A DNA stretch of 64,000 bases from Antedon mediterranea (lineage: Eukaryota; Animalia; Echinodermata): contig NC_092677.1 in NCBI RefSeq assembly GCF_964355755.1, positions 24,353,175 through 24,417,174 of the forward strand, written 5' to 3'. The position numbers and the translations under genes are program-made. The notes below the pieces were generated by a model. That model had not been told where the DNA came from. It searched no databases and worked only from the letters and a program-made list of their open reading frames with translations. Positions within the stretch are counted from its first letter, which is position 1. The number at the start of each line of letters is the position of its first letter. Positions 49,658-62,100 of this stretch are shown here, piece by piece.

Positions 49658-52600
49658 ATGTTCATCTTTAAAGACGTAAGAATACTAGTACCAGGCCTAG
49701 TAATAGTACTATCGCCATTCTGTCTCACAAATAAAGTCAAACCTGGTATGTATTAAATGCATTCAAAATTTAGAACTTAAGTGACTGCTTAAACATGAAC
49801 TATCATCACTATCTAAGTAGGCCTGTGTCTGAATAATCATGGGCAATGTCAGATATTTTAGATACTATTATCTGTTCTGGGACCGTCTTACCCAGTACCG
49901 TTTTGATCGTACGATTAATCGGGAAACCACCTCACGACATCTATTTCTGCATTCTTATAATAACTATATCTTTTGTTCATACTTTATGTTGGGTCATTCT
50001 TTTTTTACTAATTAATACTGTACTGTGTAAAACAGATGTTTCTGTTTTTGCCGATTGTTCTCAGGTTTTGTGAAATTGTCAAAACTTTATACGGATAAAC
50101 CGCATCTCAAGGTATTCAATCTTGTTTCAAAGTGTTTTTCTGTTAGTGTTCAAATGTCCACGATACAACAGTATTGACACAAGACGTAACATTTTTTTTT
50201 TAGTGTTTGGTTCTGTTAGTGTTAAAGTTTCCATCATACAACAGTGTTGAAAGCGCGTAGCATTTTGTTAGTGTTTGAATACACGATCAGGTTTTTGCAT
50301 CGTGTTTGATTCTGTCAGTGTCCATGTTTCCACCATACAACAGTGTTGAATACACGATCAGGTTTTTGCATCGTGTTTGGTTCTGTCAGTGTCCATGTTT
50401 CCACCATACAGCAGTGTAACATTAATCTGTATCCTGTGGTATACAGCCGCAATAACGTATCACTGTGTGCGTGTATGGCGAAGTCTATACGGTACCGGAC
50501 ACAGTCGAATACCTTTGTTTTAAAGAAAATCTTATTTTGGAACTTATTAAATTATTATTAACAAGGCCATATGCATGGATGCAGTCGCGTGCTCAAGTTA
50601 GTGTTTACCAACCAACCGACACAGTGTTGCACGCGACTCAAAAGCTAAGCATTAAACTATGGGGAACTCATGATACAATACATTCCAATTAATTGTTTAT
50701 GATGCTTTCTGTTTTCTTTATTTTTAATTTTAAGGTTTCAACCATATTTTATGTTGAATGTAAAATTTTAAGAGGATAATCATTAATAACAGTTTTGCAA
50801 ATTTGCCATCTATGATTTATTCTAAAAGTTGTATTCATGTAAATATAATGTTTGATTTATACATACCTACCGTACAAAATAATTTTGGACTAATGTTTTT
50901 TTTATTGGTGAACATCGACGAATAGTTCTGTATATAGACTTCACAAACACAATTTTCAGTTTATCCACAGGGTTGCTCAGGCCAAAATTTATTTCCTGGT
51001 GTAGTTTGTTCACCATGGAACATGAAAACAGTTGCAGAACTCATTAAGTATAATAAACAAAGCACCATATTAACATTGTAAGTATTGCAGTGTACGTACG
51101 GTTGCTTTTAAGTAAATACAGAACATACTTTGTTTATTTCTCAATGTAGAGGGTATTGCTAAACCGAAAACCTTCACAAACATAGCAAACCCCATCGAAC
51201 CAACATAAACAAGTAGAATTAATTTCGTCACTTTGACGAATTGTAGGTGATCATTGTGATAACAAAATATATTAAAATATGAGCGCAAAGCGTTGTAGTG
51301 CTGCTGAGTTGTGCCTATTGTGTAGTCTAGTCATAGAATATATAACGTATATAATATACACGGGTCCCATATATGTTCTAATGGCATGATGTAGTTATCC
51401 AAATCAAAGAAAAAAAATTACAGAATTGTAAATCGTCCAAAATAGACCATGATTTATTACTGAGATTTTTTCAAAAACACGGGTGAAATGGACTGATACT
51501 GCTAAGGGAGAGAAATGCCTAATAAAGTCTACTTTAGTTATAAAATAAGAAAAAAAGCATTGTATTTTGTAATTCTCACACTCTAGGCCCTTAACGTTTA
51601 TTTTCTCTTCGTTTAGCAATTATTTACCGAGAAGCACAAAATGATGTATACAAGTGTTATTTTCAGAAATCTTAATAAATGTGATAATTTATTGTAAAGC
51701 GTTTACAACCAGCCTATATTTAAATTAAATTTCAAAAATCTAAAAACGGTTCATTGTTATATTTAGCAGCATAGTAGGCCTGTGGTGTAATGAATAAAAC
51801 AACAATACACACAATATGTATACATAGATATGTGTGCTTTTTTAATGAAATCAAATCGTTCAATCAAATAACAGGAAATATTCAGGTGTTATATAGTATG
51901 GTATAATTAATACTATACCTATACCTATGAAGTTAATCATAATGTTATTTACTGCACAATATACACATATTTTTAAAAAAATATGTTAAAACTAGCACAT
52001 AAATATAGGCCATGCTTATTGTGTCATATTCTAAATTAAATTCGTCAATATTAAACTGTATGAAAGCAAACTTGTGCCTGAAACTGAAAAGGCTTTCCGT
52101 TGCAAAATGTAAATTAAATGGTAAGTTTAGCAATTATTTGCTAAGCACAAAATGATGTATAAAAGTGTTATTGTCAGAAATCTTAATAAATGTGATAATT
52201 CATTGCAAAGCATCCACATCAGTCTATATTTTATCATTTGAATAATTAATAAAATGTTGATTGTCTTTAAATTGTTTATTGAATTATTTAGCAGCACAAT
52301 ATGGTATAATTAATAAAACTTTCATATTTCACAACTTTTAAGGGAATTGCAAAACAATCAAATTATTGCATTGACAGAGAATGCATTCGCTGGTTTGAAA
52401 TCATTGGAATGGCTGTAAGTGACATTGTTTATGTTTACATATCTATGACGTTAATCATAATGTTATTTACTGCACAATATACAAATATTTACAAAACAAT
52501 ATGTTAAAGTAAACTTGAGCCTGAAACTGTAAAGGCTTTCCGTTGCAAAATGTAATTAACTAGTGAGTTTAGCAATTATTTGCTGATATGCTCACAATGA

Positions 52601-55600
52601 TGTATAAATGTGTTATTGTCAGAAATCTTAATAAAGGTGATAATTCATTGCAAAAAATCCACATCGGTCTATATTTAATTTATATTTCAATAATCTAAAA
52701 ATGGTTCATTGTTATATTTAATAAGTATTTAGCAGCATAGTAGGCCTGTGGTGTAATGAATAAAACAACAATACATACAATATGTGATGTAAGATATATG
52801 ATGTGTGCTTTTTTAATGAAATCAAATCGTTCAATCAAATAACAGGAAATATTCAGGTGTTATATAGTATGGTATAATTAATAAAACTATCTTTTACATT
52901 TCATAATTATGAAGGTGGTTGTACAGCAATCAAATTAGTACATTGACAGCCAATGCATTCGCTGGTTTGGAATCATTGAAATACCTGTAAGTGACGTTGT
53001 TTATGTTTACCTATGACGTTAATTATAATGTTATTTACTGCACAATATATACATATTTAAAAACAATAGTTTAAAACTAGTACATACAAATAGGCCAATG
53101 CTTATTGTGTCATATTCAAAATGAAATTGTCCTATATTAAACTGTATGAAAGCAAACTTGAGCCTGAAACTGTAAAGGCTTTCCGTTGCAAAATGTAAAT
53201 TAAATGGCGAGTTTAGCAATTATTTTCTGTTAATCACACAATGATGTATAAATGTGTTATTTTCAGAAATCTTAATAAAGGTGATAATTCATTGCAAAAA
53301 ATCCACATCAGTCTATATTTATCATTTTAATAATTAAAAAAATGTTGAATGTCTTTTAATTGTTTAATGAATTATTTAGCAGTATAATATGGTATAATTA
53401 ATAAAACTGTCATATTTCACAACTTTTAAGGTGGTTGCAAAGCAATCAAATTAGTACATTGACAGCCAATACATTCGCTGGTTTGGAATCATTGGAAGAA
53501 CTGTAAGTGACATTGATTATGTTTACATACCTATGACGTTAACCGTAATGTTATTTACTGCACAATATACACACATTTAAAAACATTATTTTAAAACTAG
53601 TACATAAATATAGGCCAATGCTTATTGTGTCATTATTCAAAATGAAATTCGTCAATATTAAACTGTATAAAAGCAAACTTGAGCCTGAAACTGTAAAGGC
53701 TTTCCGTTTCAAAATGTAAATTAAATGGTGAGTTTAGCAATTATTTTCTGTTAATCACACAATGATGTATAAATGTGTTATTGTCAGAAATCTCAATAAA
53801 TTAATTCATTGCAAAAAATCCACATCAGTCTATATTTAATTTATATTTCAATATTCTAAAAATGGTTCATTGTTATATTTAATAAGTATTTAGCAGCATA
53901 GTAGGCCTGTGGTGTAATGAATAAAACAACAATACATACAATATGTGATGTAAGATATATGATGTGTGCTTTTTTAATGAAATCAAATCGTTCAATCAAA
54001 TAACATGAACTTTTCAGGTGTTATATAGTATACAAATAATGAATGTTTATGAGTGCAATGGTACAAATAATGGCACGAGGTGAATGATGAAAGGTTATAT
54101 CAACGAGGCAAAGCCGAGTTGATATAACCTTTCATCATTCACCAAGTGCCATTATTTGTACCATTACACGAATACAAAACATTCATTATTTGTTTTATAT
54201 AACATCTAGACGTTTTTTTTTTCGTACACAAAAATGTTTCAAAAAGTACTATTTAACGATCGTTGAATAGTGCGTACTATTGCACGCCATGTGACCCACA
54301 TTCGTCCAATCAAATGACAGGAATTTATATAGGTGTTATATAGTATGGTATAATTAATAAAAACTATCTTTTACATTTCATAATTTTGAAGGCAGTTGTA
54401 CAACAATCAAATTAGTACATTGACAGCCAATGCATTTGCTGGTTTGGAATCATTGAAAGAACTGTAAGTGTTATTCTTCATCACATCCACATACGTATTT
54501 CCATATATATCATGTTTTATACACATTACACATATTTAAAACTAGTACATAAATATAGGACAATGCTTATTGTGTCATATTCTAAATTAAATTCCTCAAT
54601 ATTAAATTGTATGAAAGCAAACTTGAGCCTGAAACTGTAAAGGCTTTCCGTTGCAAAATGTAAATTAAATGGCGAGTTTAGCAATTATTTGCTGATATGC
54701 TCATAATGATTGTATAAATGTGTTATTGTCAGAAATCTTAATAAATGTGATAATTCATTGCAAAAAATCCACATCAGTCTATATTTAATTTATATTTCAA
54801 TAATCTAAAAATGGTTTATTGTTATATTAAATAAGTATTTAGCAGCATAGTAGGCCTGTGGTGTAATGAATAAAACAACAATACACACAATATGTATACA
54901 TAGATATATGGTGTGTGCTTTTTTAATGAAATCAAATCGTTCAATCAAATAACATGAAATATTCAGGTGTTATATAGTATGGTATAATTAATAAAAACTA
55001 TCTTTTACATTTCATAATTATGAAGGTGGTTGGAAAACAATCAAATTAGTACATTGACAGCCAATGCATTCGCTGGTTTGGAATCATTGAAATACCTGTA
55101 AGTGACGTTGTTTATGTTTACCTATGACGTTAATTATAATGTTATTTACTGCACAATATATACATATTTAAAAACAATAGTTTAAAACTAGTACATACAA
55201 ATAGGCCAATGCTTATTGTGTCATATTCAAAATGAAATTCTCCTATATTAAACTGTATGAAAGCAAACTTGAGCATGAAAGTGAAAAGGCTTTCCGTTAC
55301 AAAATGTAAATTAAATTGTGAGTTTAGCAATTATTTGCTGATATGCTCACAATGATTGTATAAATGTGTTATTGTCAGAAATCTTAATAAATGTGATAAT
55401 TCATTGCAAAGCATCCACATCAGCCTATATTTATTCATTTTAATAATTAAAAAAATGTTGATTGTCTTTTAATTGTTTAATGAATTATTTAGCAGTATAA
55501 TATGGTATAATTAATCAAACTTTCATATTTCACAACTTTGAAGGGGGTTGTTCAACAATCAAATTAGAACATTGACAGAGAATGCATTCGCTGGTTTGGA

Positions 55601-58600
55601 ATCATTGGAAATTCTGTAAGTGACGTTGATTATGTTTACAAACCTATAAAGTTAATCATAATGTTATTTACTCCACAATATACACAGATTAAAAAACAAT
55701 ATTTTTAAACTAGTACATAAATATATAGGCCAATGCTTATTGTGTCATATTCTAAATGAAATTCCTCAACATTAAACTGTATGAAAGCAAACTTGAGCCT
55801 GAAACTGTAAAGGCTTTCCGTTTCAAAATGTAAAATAAATTGTGAGTTTAGCAATTATTTTCTGTTAATCACACAATGATGTATAAATGTGTTATTTTCA
55901 GAAATCTTAATAAATGTGATAATTCATTGCAAAAAATCCACATCAGTCTATATTTAATTTATATTTCAATAATCTAAAAATGGTTCATTGTTATATTTAA
56001 TAAGTATTTAGCAGCATAGTAGGCCTGTGGTGTAATGAATAAAACAACAATACACACAAAATGTATACATAGATATATGGTGTGTGCTTTTTTAATGAAG
56101 TCAAATCATTCAATCAAATAACATGAAATATTCAGGTGTTATATAGTATGGTATAATTATTAAAAACTATCTTTTACATTTCATAATTTTGAAGGTTGTT
56201 GCAAAACAATCAAATTAGTACATTGACAGAGAATGCATTTGCTGGTTTGGAATCATTGAAAGACCTGTAAGTGTTATTCTTCATCATATCCACATACGTA
56301 CCTCCATACTGTATATCATGTTATATACACATTACACACATTGTACATATACATCGTAACCTTATTTTGTTACTTTTGTCAACATGGATTATTTTCATAA
56401 TAATTCATTATTGAGTAAATCAAAATTATAGTATTTATTAGTTTGTTACCAATATTAGGAATATTTAGCCTGTGAATCAAATTTAAGTTAGTAAGCTATA
56501 AGATTTAAAAAGAAATTTTTAATTTTATTCGTATTTATTCATTCATTTTGACACACCAGCCCTGGTTTTTATTCTTACAAAGTTATTACAATTTAATCTC
56601 ACTCTTATTTGTTGTGACGAAATACCTCTCCTCATAGAATTGACCAATATACATTAACTATTAGCTTAATTAAACAGGTATTTACAGGACAACAATATAA
56701 CTACTATTGATCAAGGCGCCTTCTCTGTTTTTGCCTCATCACTTGGAAAACTGTAAGTAATTTATTCTGAAATTCATATGCAGTTTCTCGAAATAATTAA
56801 TCACTTCAATTAGGTACTTTTCTTATGCTATAAACATGTTATCCAAGAAAAAGCGGTATCAACAGGATAGGTTTACATACATTTTTTAAACATGGGTAAA
56901 TTTTTACATTCATTATTGTATCTGGCTCATTCCATGGAGTTGAACATGAGAAAACATTTTAAAAGTTAACAACTTTTTATATAATTAAACATATAAGTAG
57001 AAGGATTATCTTAAGTGCCGACGGTGATAAAAATATTATTTTGAGACTACATTGAATCAGTTAGACACTAAATTGATTGTGGTATACCTTCATTAATACG
57101 ATATCACTAAAACGACATCGGTGCTATCCAAATGAGACATATTCGTAGATATTTAGTTACATGTGAGCTACACTCATTGACACTGATTTGATATTTGTTT
57201 CCATATTTTTTTTTTTTTTACAGAGACATCAGACGCAACAATTTACAAGTTTACAGAGAAAGTACTTTTGAAGAATTGAAATATATAACAGAATTGTAAG
57301 TATTATGTCGGATTTAGAAATTCTTTATATTCATTAAATGATATCTTTATTTTGTTTTAACACAGTTACCAATTCCACATGCATGCCGACAGTGGCCTAA
57401 CAAATTGTTTATGTAGGCCTACAGCTTTTAGGTTATTTTAAATTTCTCCTTCACTTCTATCTTTTAAATTGGTCGTACACGTCATACTTTTACTATACGA
57501 GTAGATTTGATTGGCTGTAAAGCAGTTGTTATTCCACCTGTTATAGAACTAAAACCATTATAAACATTGTTATAGTAGGCTACTACTGTATTTAACAACT
57601 TCCATTAAATTCAATTGTTTTTTTAACATAGATATTCAGATTTGTTTCGTCTCTGTTGTGTTGTTGGAGAAATTGAAGTATGTGAGCCTACTGATGCTTT
57701 TGCGTCCTGCGCTGACTTACTAAAGAGAGAAGTTCTTAGGATATTGATGATAGTTATTGGACTGTCATCTTTTATCGGTAACTTGATTGTCATCATATCG
57801 CGAAGGATAAACAAAGAAAATAGGTCTACAGTTGATTCTATTCTACTCACTAATCTTGCCGCGGCTGACTTGCTGATGGCAATTTATTTGCTGATCATCG
57901 CAGGTGCAGATATACACTACAGAGGAAGGTACGCGAAGGTTGCCAGCGAATGGAAAAACAGCTTTCTCTGCTCTTTTTCCGGTGCTATTTCAACACTGTC
58001 TGGGCAGTGTTCCGTGTCAACCTTGATGGTTATGAGTATTAACCGTGCTATAAACATCGTCTATCCATTCAGCACCAAACGGCTCAAAGGTACGAAATGC
58101 AAAATTATCATCGGTATTGCTTGGCTGGTATGACTTTTTATTAGTTTCCTTCCACTGGTAGCTAACAAGTCACAGGTCGGCATACCATATTTTGGCGAGA
58201 ACTACTACGGAAAACAAAGTGTGTGTCTCGCGTTGCCACTAACACGACATCGATTACCAGGCTGGGAGTACGCCACGGCCATATTCATCGCATTCAATGG
58301 CTTGGGTTTTTTTGTTATCGCAGCAAGTTATTTGACGATTTTCCTCTCCGTTAAGAGATCTGCAATCACGGCTAACAGAATGCAGAGACGAGAAGAGGAA
58401 ATCAAAATGGCCGTGAAACTAGGGTTTATTGTTTTCACCGATTTCTGTTGCTGGTTTCCCATCATAGTAATGGGAATTTGTTCAGAGATGGAGTGGTGGA
58501 GAATTCCTGATGATATATACGTTTGGGCAGCAACATTTATAATTCCCATTAACTCATCAGTAAACCCATATCTTTACACAATTATCTATATGTGTAAAAG

Positions 58601-58616
58601 CGAGCGTAGGCCATAA
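49658..58616 (+). pseudogene. LRR-GPCR copy 3 with premature stop. Exons 49658-49745, 50065-50111, 50971-51077; 7 variable LRR exons (starts 52343, 52915, 53431, 54392, 55026, 55544, 56195); 56678-56752, 57224-57295, 57632-58616
   Basis: TGG>TGA at 58131-58133 in TM4 splits the 7TM ORF into 57642..58133 and 58221..58616. The signal peptide also has L>P and L>S changes. Confidence 0.8.
54032..54346. mobile_element. 315-bp palindromic insertion unique to copy 3
   Basis: Absent from the matching introns of copy 2. Long hairpin (ACAAATAATGAATGTTT...AAAGGTTATATCAAC / GTTGATATAACCTTT...AAACATTCATTATTTGT); AGGTGTTATATAGTAT repeated at 54016 and 54331. Confidence 0.85.
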
Positions 58617-59183
58617 AGCTGACATTCCTCGTGCATTCTCAGTTTATTTATTTACTACATTTATTTATTCAATTTTGATTCACAAGGGTAGCTCTAACAG
58701 GTGAACGAGTACAGCTGTCTTGAAGAGGCCCTTTTAAAAACATTATACAATTATACAAAAAGACATTCAAACATCACATTACAAGTAGATCCATAAAGCC
58801 TGTTCCTGTCGATCGTTAAGTTGCGTTGAGTTGCGCTAAGTTGCGTTGACATATTCAACGATTTGACAGGAAAAGGGGGTAAAAAATCAACGTTACAAAT
58901 CGTTAAAGTCTGAAATCATAAAATTACAAGTAGATTCATAAAGTTAAAATTCAGGTTTTTAAAAAGTTAAAACATTACAAGTTAAAATATTAAAATTTAC
59001 GGAGTAATTTATTTTTGCAAACTACTCCATCAAGAAACTAAAAGAAAATTAATACATTTGAGTTTTGAACTCTGCACTTTTATTTTTTACTTGTTATTCT
59101 TGATTCTAGTGTTTTTATCAGGTATTATTCGGAGTTTGTATTGGGTACGCTGTGACGGGTATGTATATATAGGAATTATAGGT

Positions 59184-62100
59184 GTCATGAGGTAATTTCC
59201 CGATTGATCGTAATCAAAACGGTACTGGGTTTGGTCTACTAGCGTTCCTGCTCCCAACCAGTACATCCATTCATAGAAGCCTTAATGAAGTAAGCCTACC
59301 TGGTGGTGGCCATAGAACGGTCCCGAGATAACGACTATACTTCGGCTTTAGTCGATAGAAGATTGAATAAATTGTTAGAGATAGAGTATACGATGTTATG
59401 ATTATGTGTAGATATGTGATTTGTTCTTTTTATTCCAATGATGTTATGTATTTAATAAATTTGTTATATCAAATAATTAAATTATCGTAGATTGCATATT
59501 ATGCGATGAATATTATCTAATAAATTTTTGATATATTATTATTATTATATTAATAAAAAAGATATTTGTTAGTATAAATTAAAAAATATAGATATAAGGA
59601 AGAAAAGCAAAGAGATTATGGAGCGGCTGTACCAGAATATACAACACTAAGTATTGTAAAGTTAATATATTAAAAATTTAGGCGATCTTGTCAAAGGTCA
59701 AGCGCCTTCAGCCTGCCACGTTTCGATATTCAATATTGAACTTGACCTGACGTGGTTCCACAATATCTTTATATGAAAATGGTAGAGTGGATAGAAACAT
59801 AAATTAATTTAAATTTAAAATGTTTACCTTAAACTGGTTTTGAACTGAATCGGTTGATGTCTTATCGTTGTATGTATGATTTGGTTTGGTTTAAATTATG
59901 TTCGATAAAAGTGCGTACGTATGCGTATAGAATGAAATGCTCGCGTTACGATGTACGCGTGTAATGCTGTTTATATCGTATAATAGATAAAGGATGAAAA
60001 TATAGAAGGTATGATGGTAGAAAAATAAAAAAGCAGTTTAGGATGTAGAAATAGGAAAAGTTTGTTAGTGCAAAAGTGTAGATTTTGAATGTGAGAAATG
60101 ACTAGAAAGTACATTCCTGCTAGAGTCCTATGTCGGCACCTAGGCCTATATAACGTCATGAGGTAATTTCCCGATTGATCGTAATCAAAACGGTACTGGG
60201 TTTGGTCTACTAGCGTTCCTGCTCCCAACCAGTACATCCATTCATAGAAGCCTTAATGAAGTAAGCCTACCTGGTGGTGGCCATAGAACGGTCCCGAGAT
60301 AACGACTATACTTCGGCTTTAGTCGATAGAAGATTGAATAAATTGTTAGAGATAGAGTATACGATGTTATGATTATGTGTAGATATGTGATTTGTTCTTT
60401 TTATTCCAATGATGTTATGTATTTAATAAATTTGTTATATCAAATAATTAAATTATCGTAGATTGCATATTATGCGATGAATATTATTTAATAAATTTTT
60501 GATATATTATTATTATTATATTAATAAAAAAGATATTTGTTAGTATAAATTAAAAAATATAGATATAAGGAAGAAAAGCAAAGAGATTATGGAGCGGCTG
60601 TACCAGAATATACAACACTAAGTATTGTAAAGTTAATATATTAAAAATTTAGGCGATCTTGTCAAAGGTCAAGCGCCTTCAGCCTGCCACGTTTCGATAT
60701 TCAATATTGAACTTGACCTGACGTGGTTCCACAATATCTTTATATGAAAATGGTAGAGTGGATAGAAACATAAATTAATTTAAATTTAAAATGTTTACCT
60801 TACCTTGAACTGAATCGGTTGATGTCTTATCGTTGTATGTATGATTTGGTTTGGTTTAAATTATGTTCGATAAAAGTGCGTACGTATGCGTATAGAATGA
60901 AATGCTCGCGTTACGATGTACGCGTGTAATGCTGTTTATATCGTATAATAGATAAAGGATGATGATGAATCTCTTTGCTTTTCTTCCTTATATCTATATT
61001 TTTTAATTTATACTAACAAATATCTTTTTTATTAATATAATAATAATAATATATCAAAAATTTATTAAATAATATTCATCGCATAATATGCAATCTACGA
61101 TAATTTAATTAATTGATATAACAAATTTATTAAATACATAACATCATTGGAATAAAAAGAACAAATCACATATCTACACATAATCATAACATCGTATACT
61201 CTATCTCTAACAATTTATTCAATCTTCTATCGACTAAAGCCGAAGTATAGTCGTTATCTCGGGACCGTTCTATGGCCACCACCAGGTAGGCTTACTTCAT
61301 TAAGGCTTCTATGAATGGATGTACTGGTTGGGAGCAGGAACGCTAGTAGACCAAACCCAGTACCGCTTTGATTACGATCAATCGGGAAATTACCTCATGA
61401 CGATATATAGGCCTAGGTGCCGACATAGGACTCTAGCAGGAATGTACTTTCTAGTCATTTCTCACATTCAAAATCTACACTTTTGCACTAACAAACTTTT
61501 CCTATTTCTACATCCTAAACTGCTTTTTTATTTTTCTACCATCATACCTTCTATATTTTCATCCTTTATCTATTATACGATATAAACAGCATTACACGCA
61601 TACATCGTAACGCGAGCATTTCATTCTATACGCATACGCACTTTTATCGAACATAATTTAAACCAAACCAAATCATACATACAACGATAAGACATCAACC
61701 GATTCAGTTCAAAACCAGTTTAAGGTAAACATTTTAAATTAAAATTAATTTATGTTTCTATCCACTCTACCATTTTCATATAAAGATATTGTGGAACCAC
61801 GTCAGGTCAAGTTCAATATTGAATATCGAAACGTGGCAGGCTGAAGGCGCTTGACCTTTGACAAGATCGCCTAAATTTTTAATATATTAACTTTACAATA
61901 CTTAGTGTTGTATATTCTGGTACAGCCGCTCCATAATCTCTTTGCTTTTCTTCCTTATATCTATATTTTTTAATTTATACTAACAAATATCTTTTTTATT
62001 AATATAATAATAATAATATATCAAAAATTTATTAAATAATATTCATCGCATAATATGCAATCTACGATAATTTAATTAATTGATATAACAAATTTATTAA

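Larger units (their letters stand above)
20929..59183 (+). repeat. Tandem segmental triplication: units begin at ~20929, ~33768, ~47596; the third is cut off by the satellite at 59184
   Basis: The anchor TTGTCGGATACCA and the same order of MITE, exon 1, minisatellite, LRR cassettes, 7TM exon and 3' flank recur three times. Confidence 0.95.

Noticed and set aside
25125-55330. Recurrent 62-aa minus-strand ORFs MLN(S/L)xFNLHF...
   Set aside because: Antisense readings of the repeated cassette intron with non-ATG starts; broken in many units.
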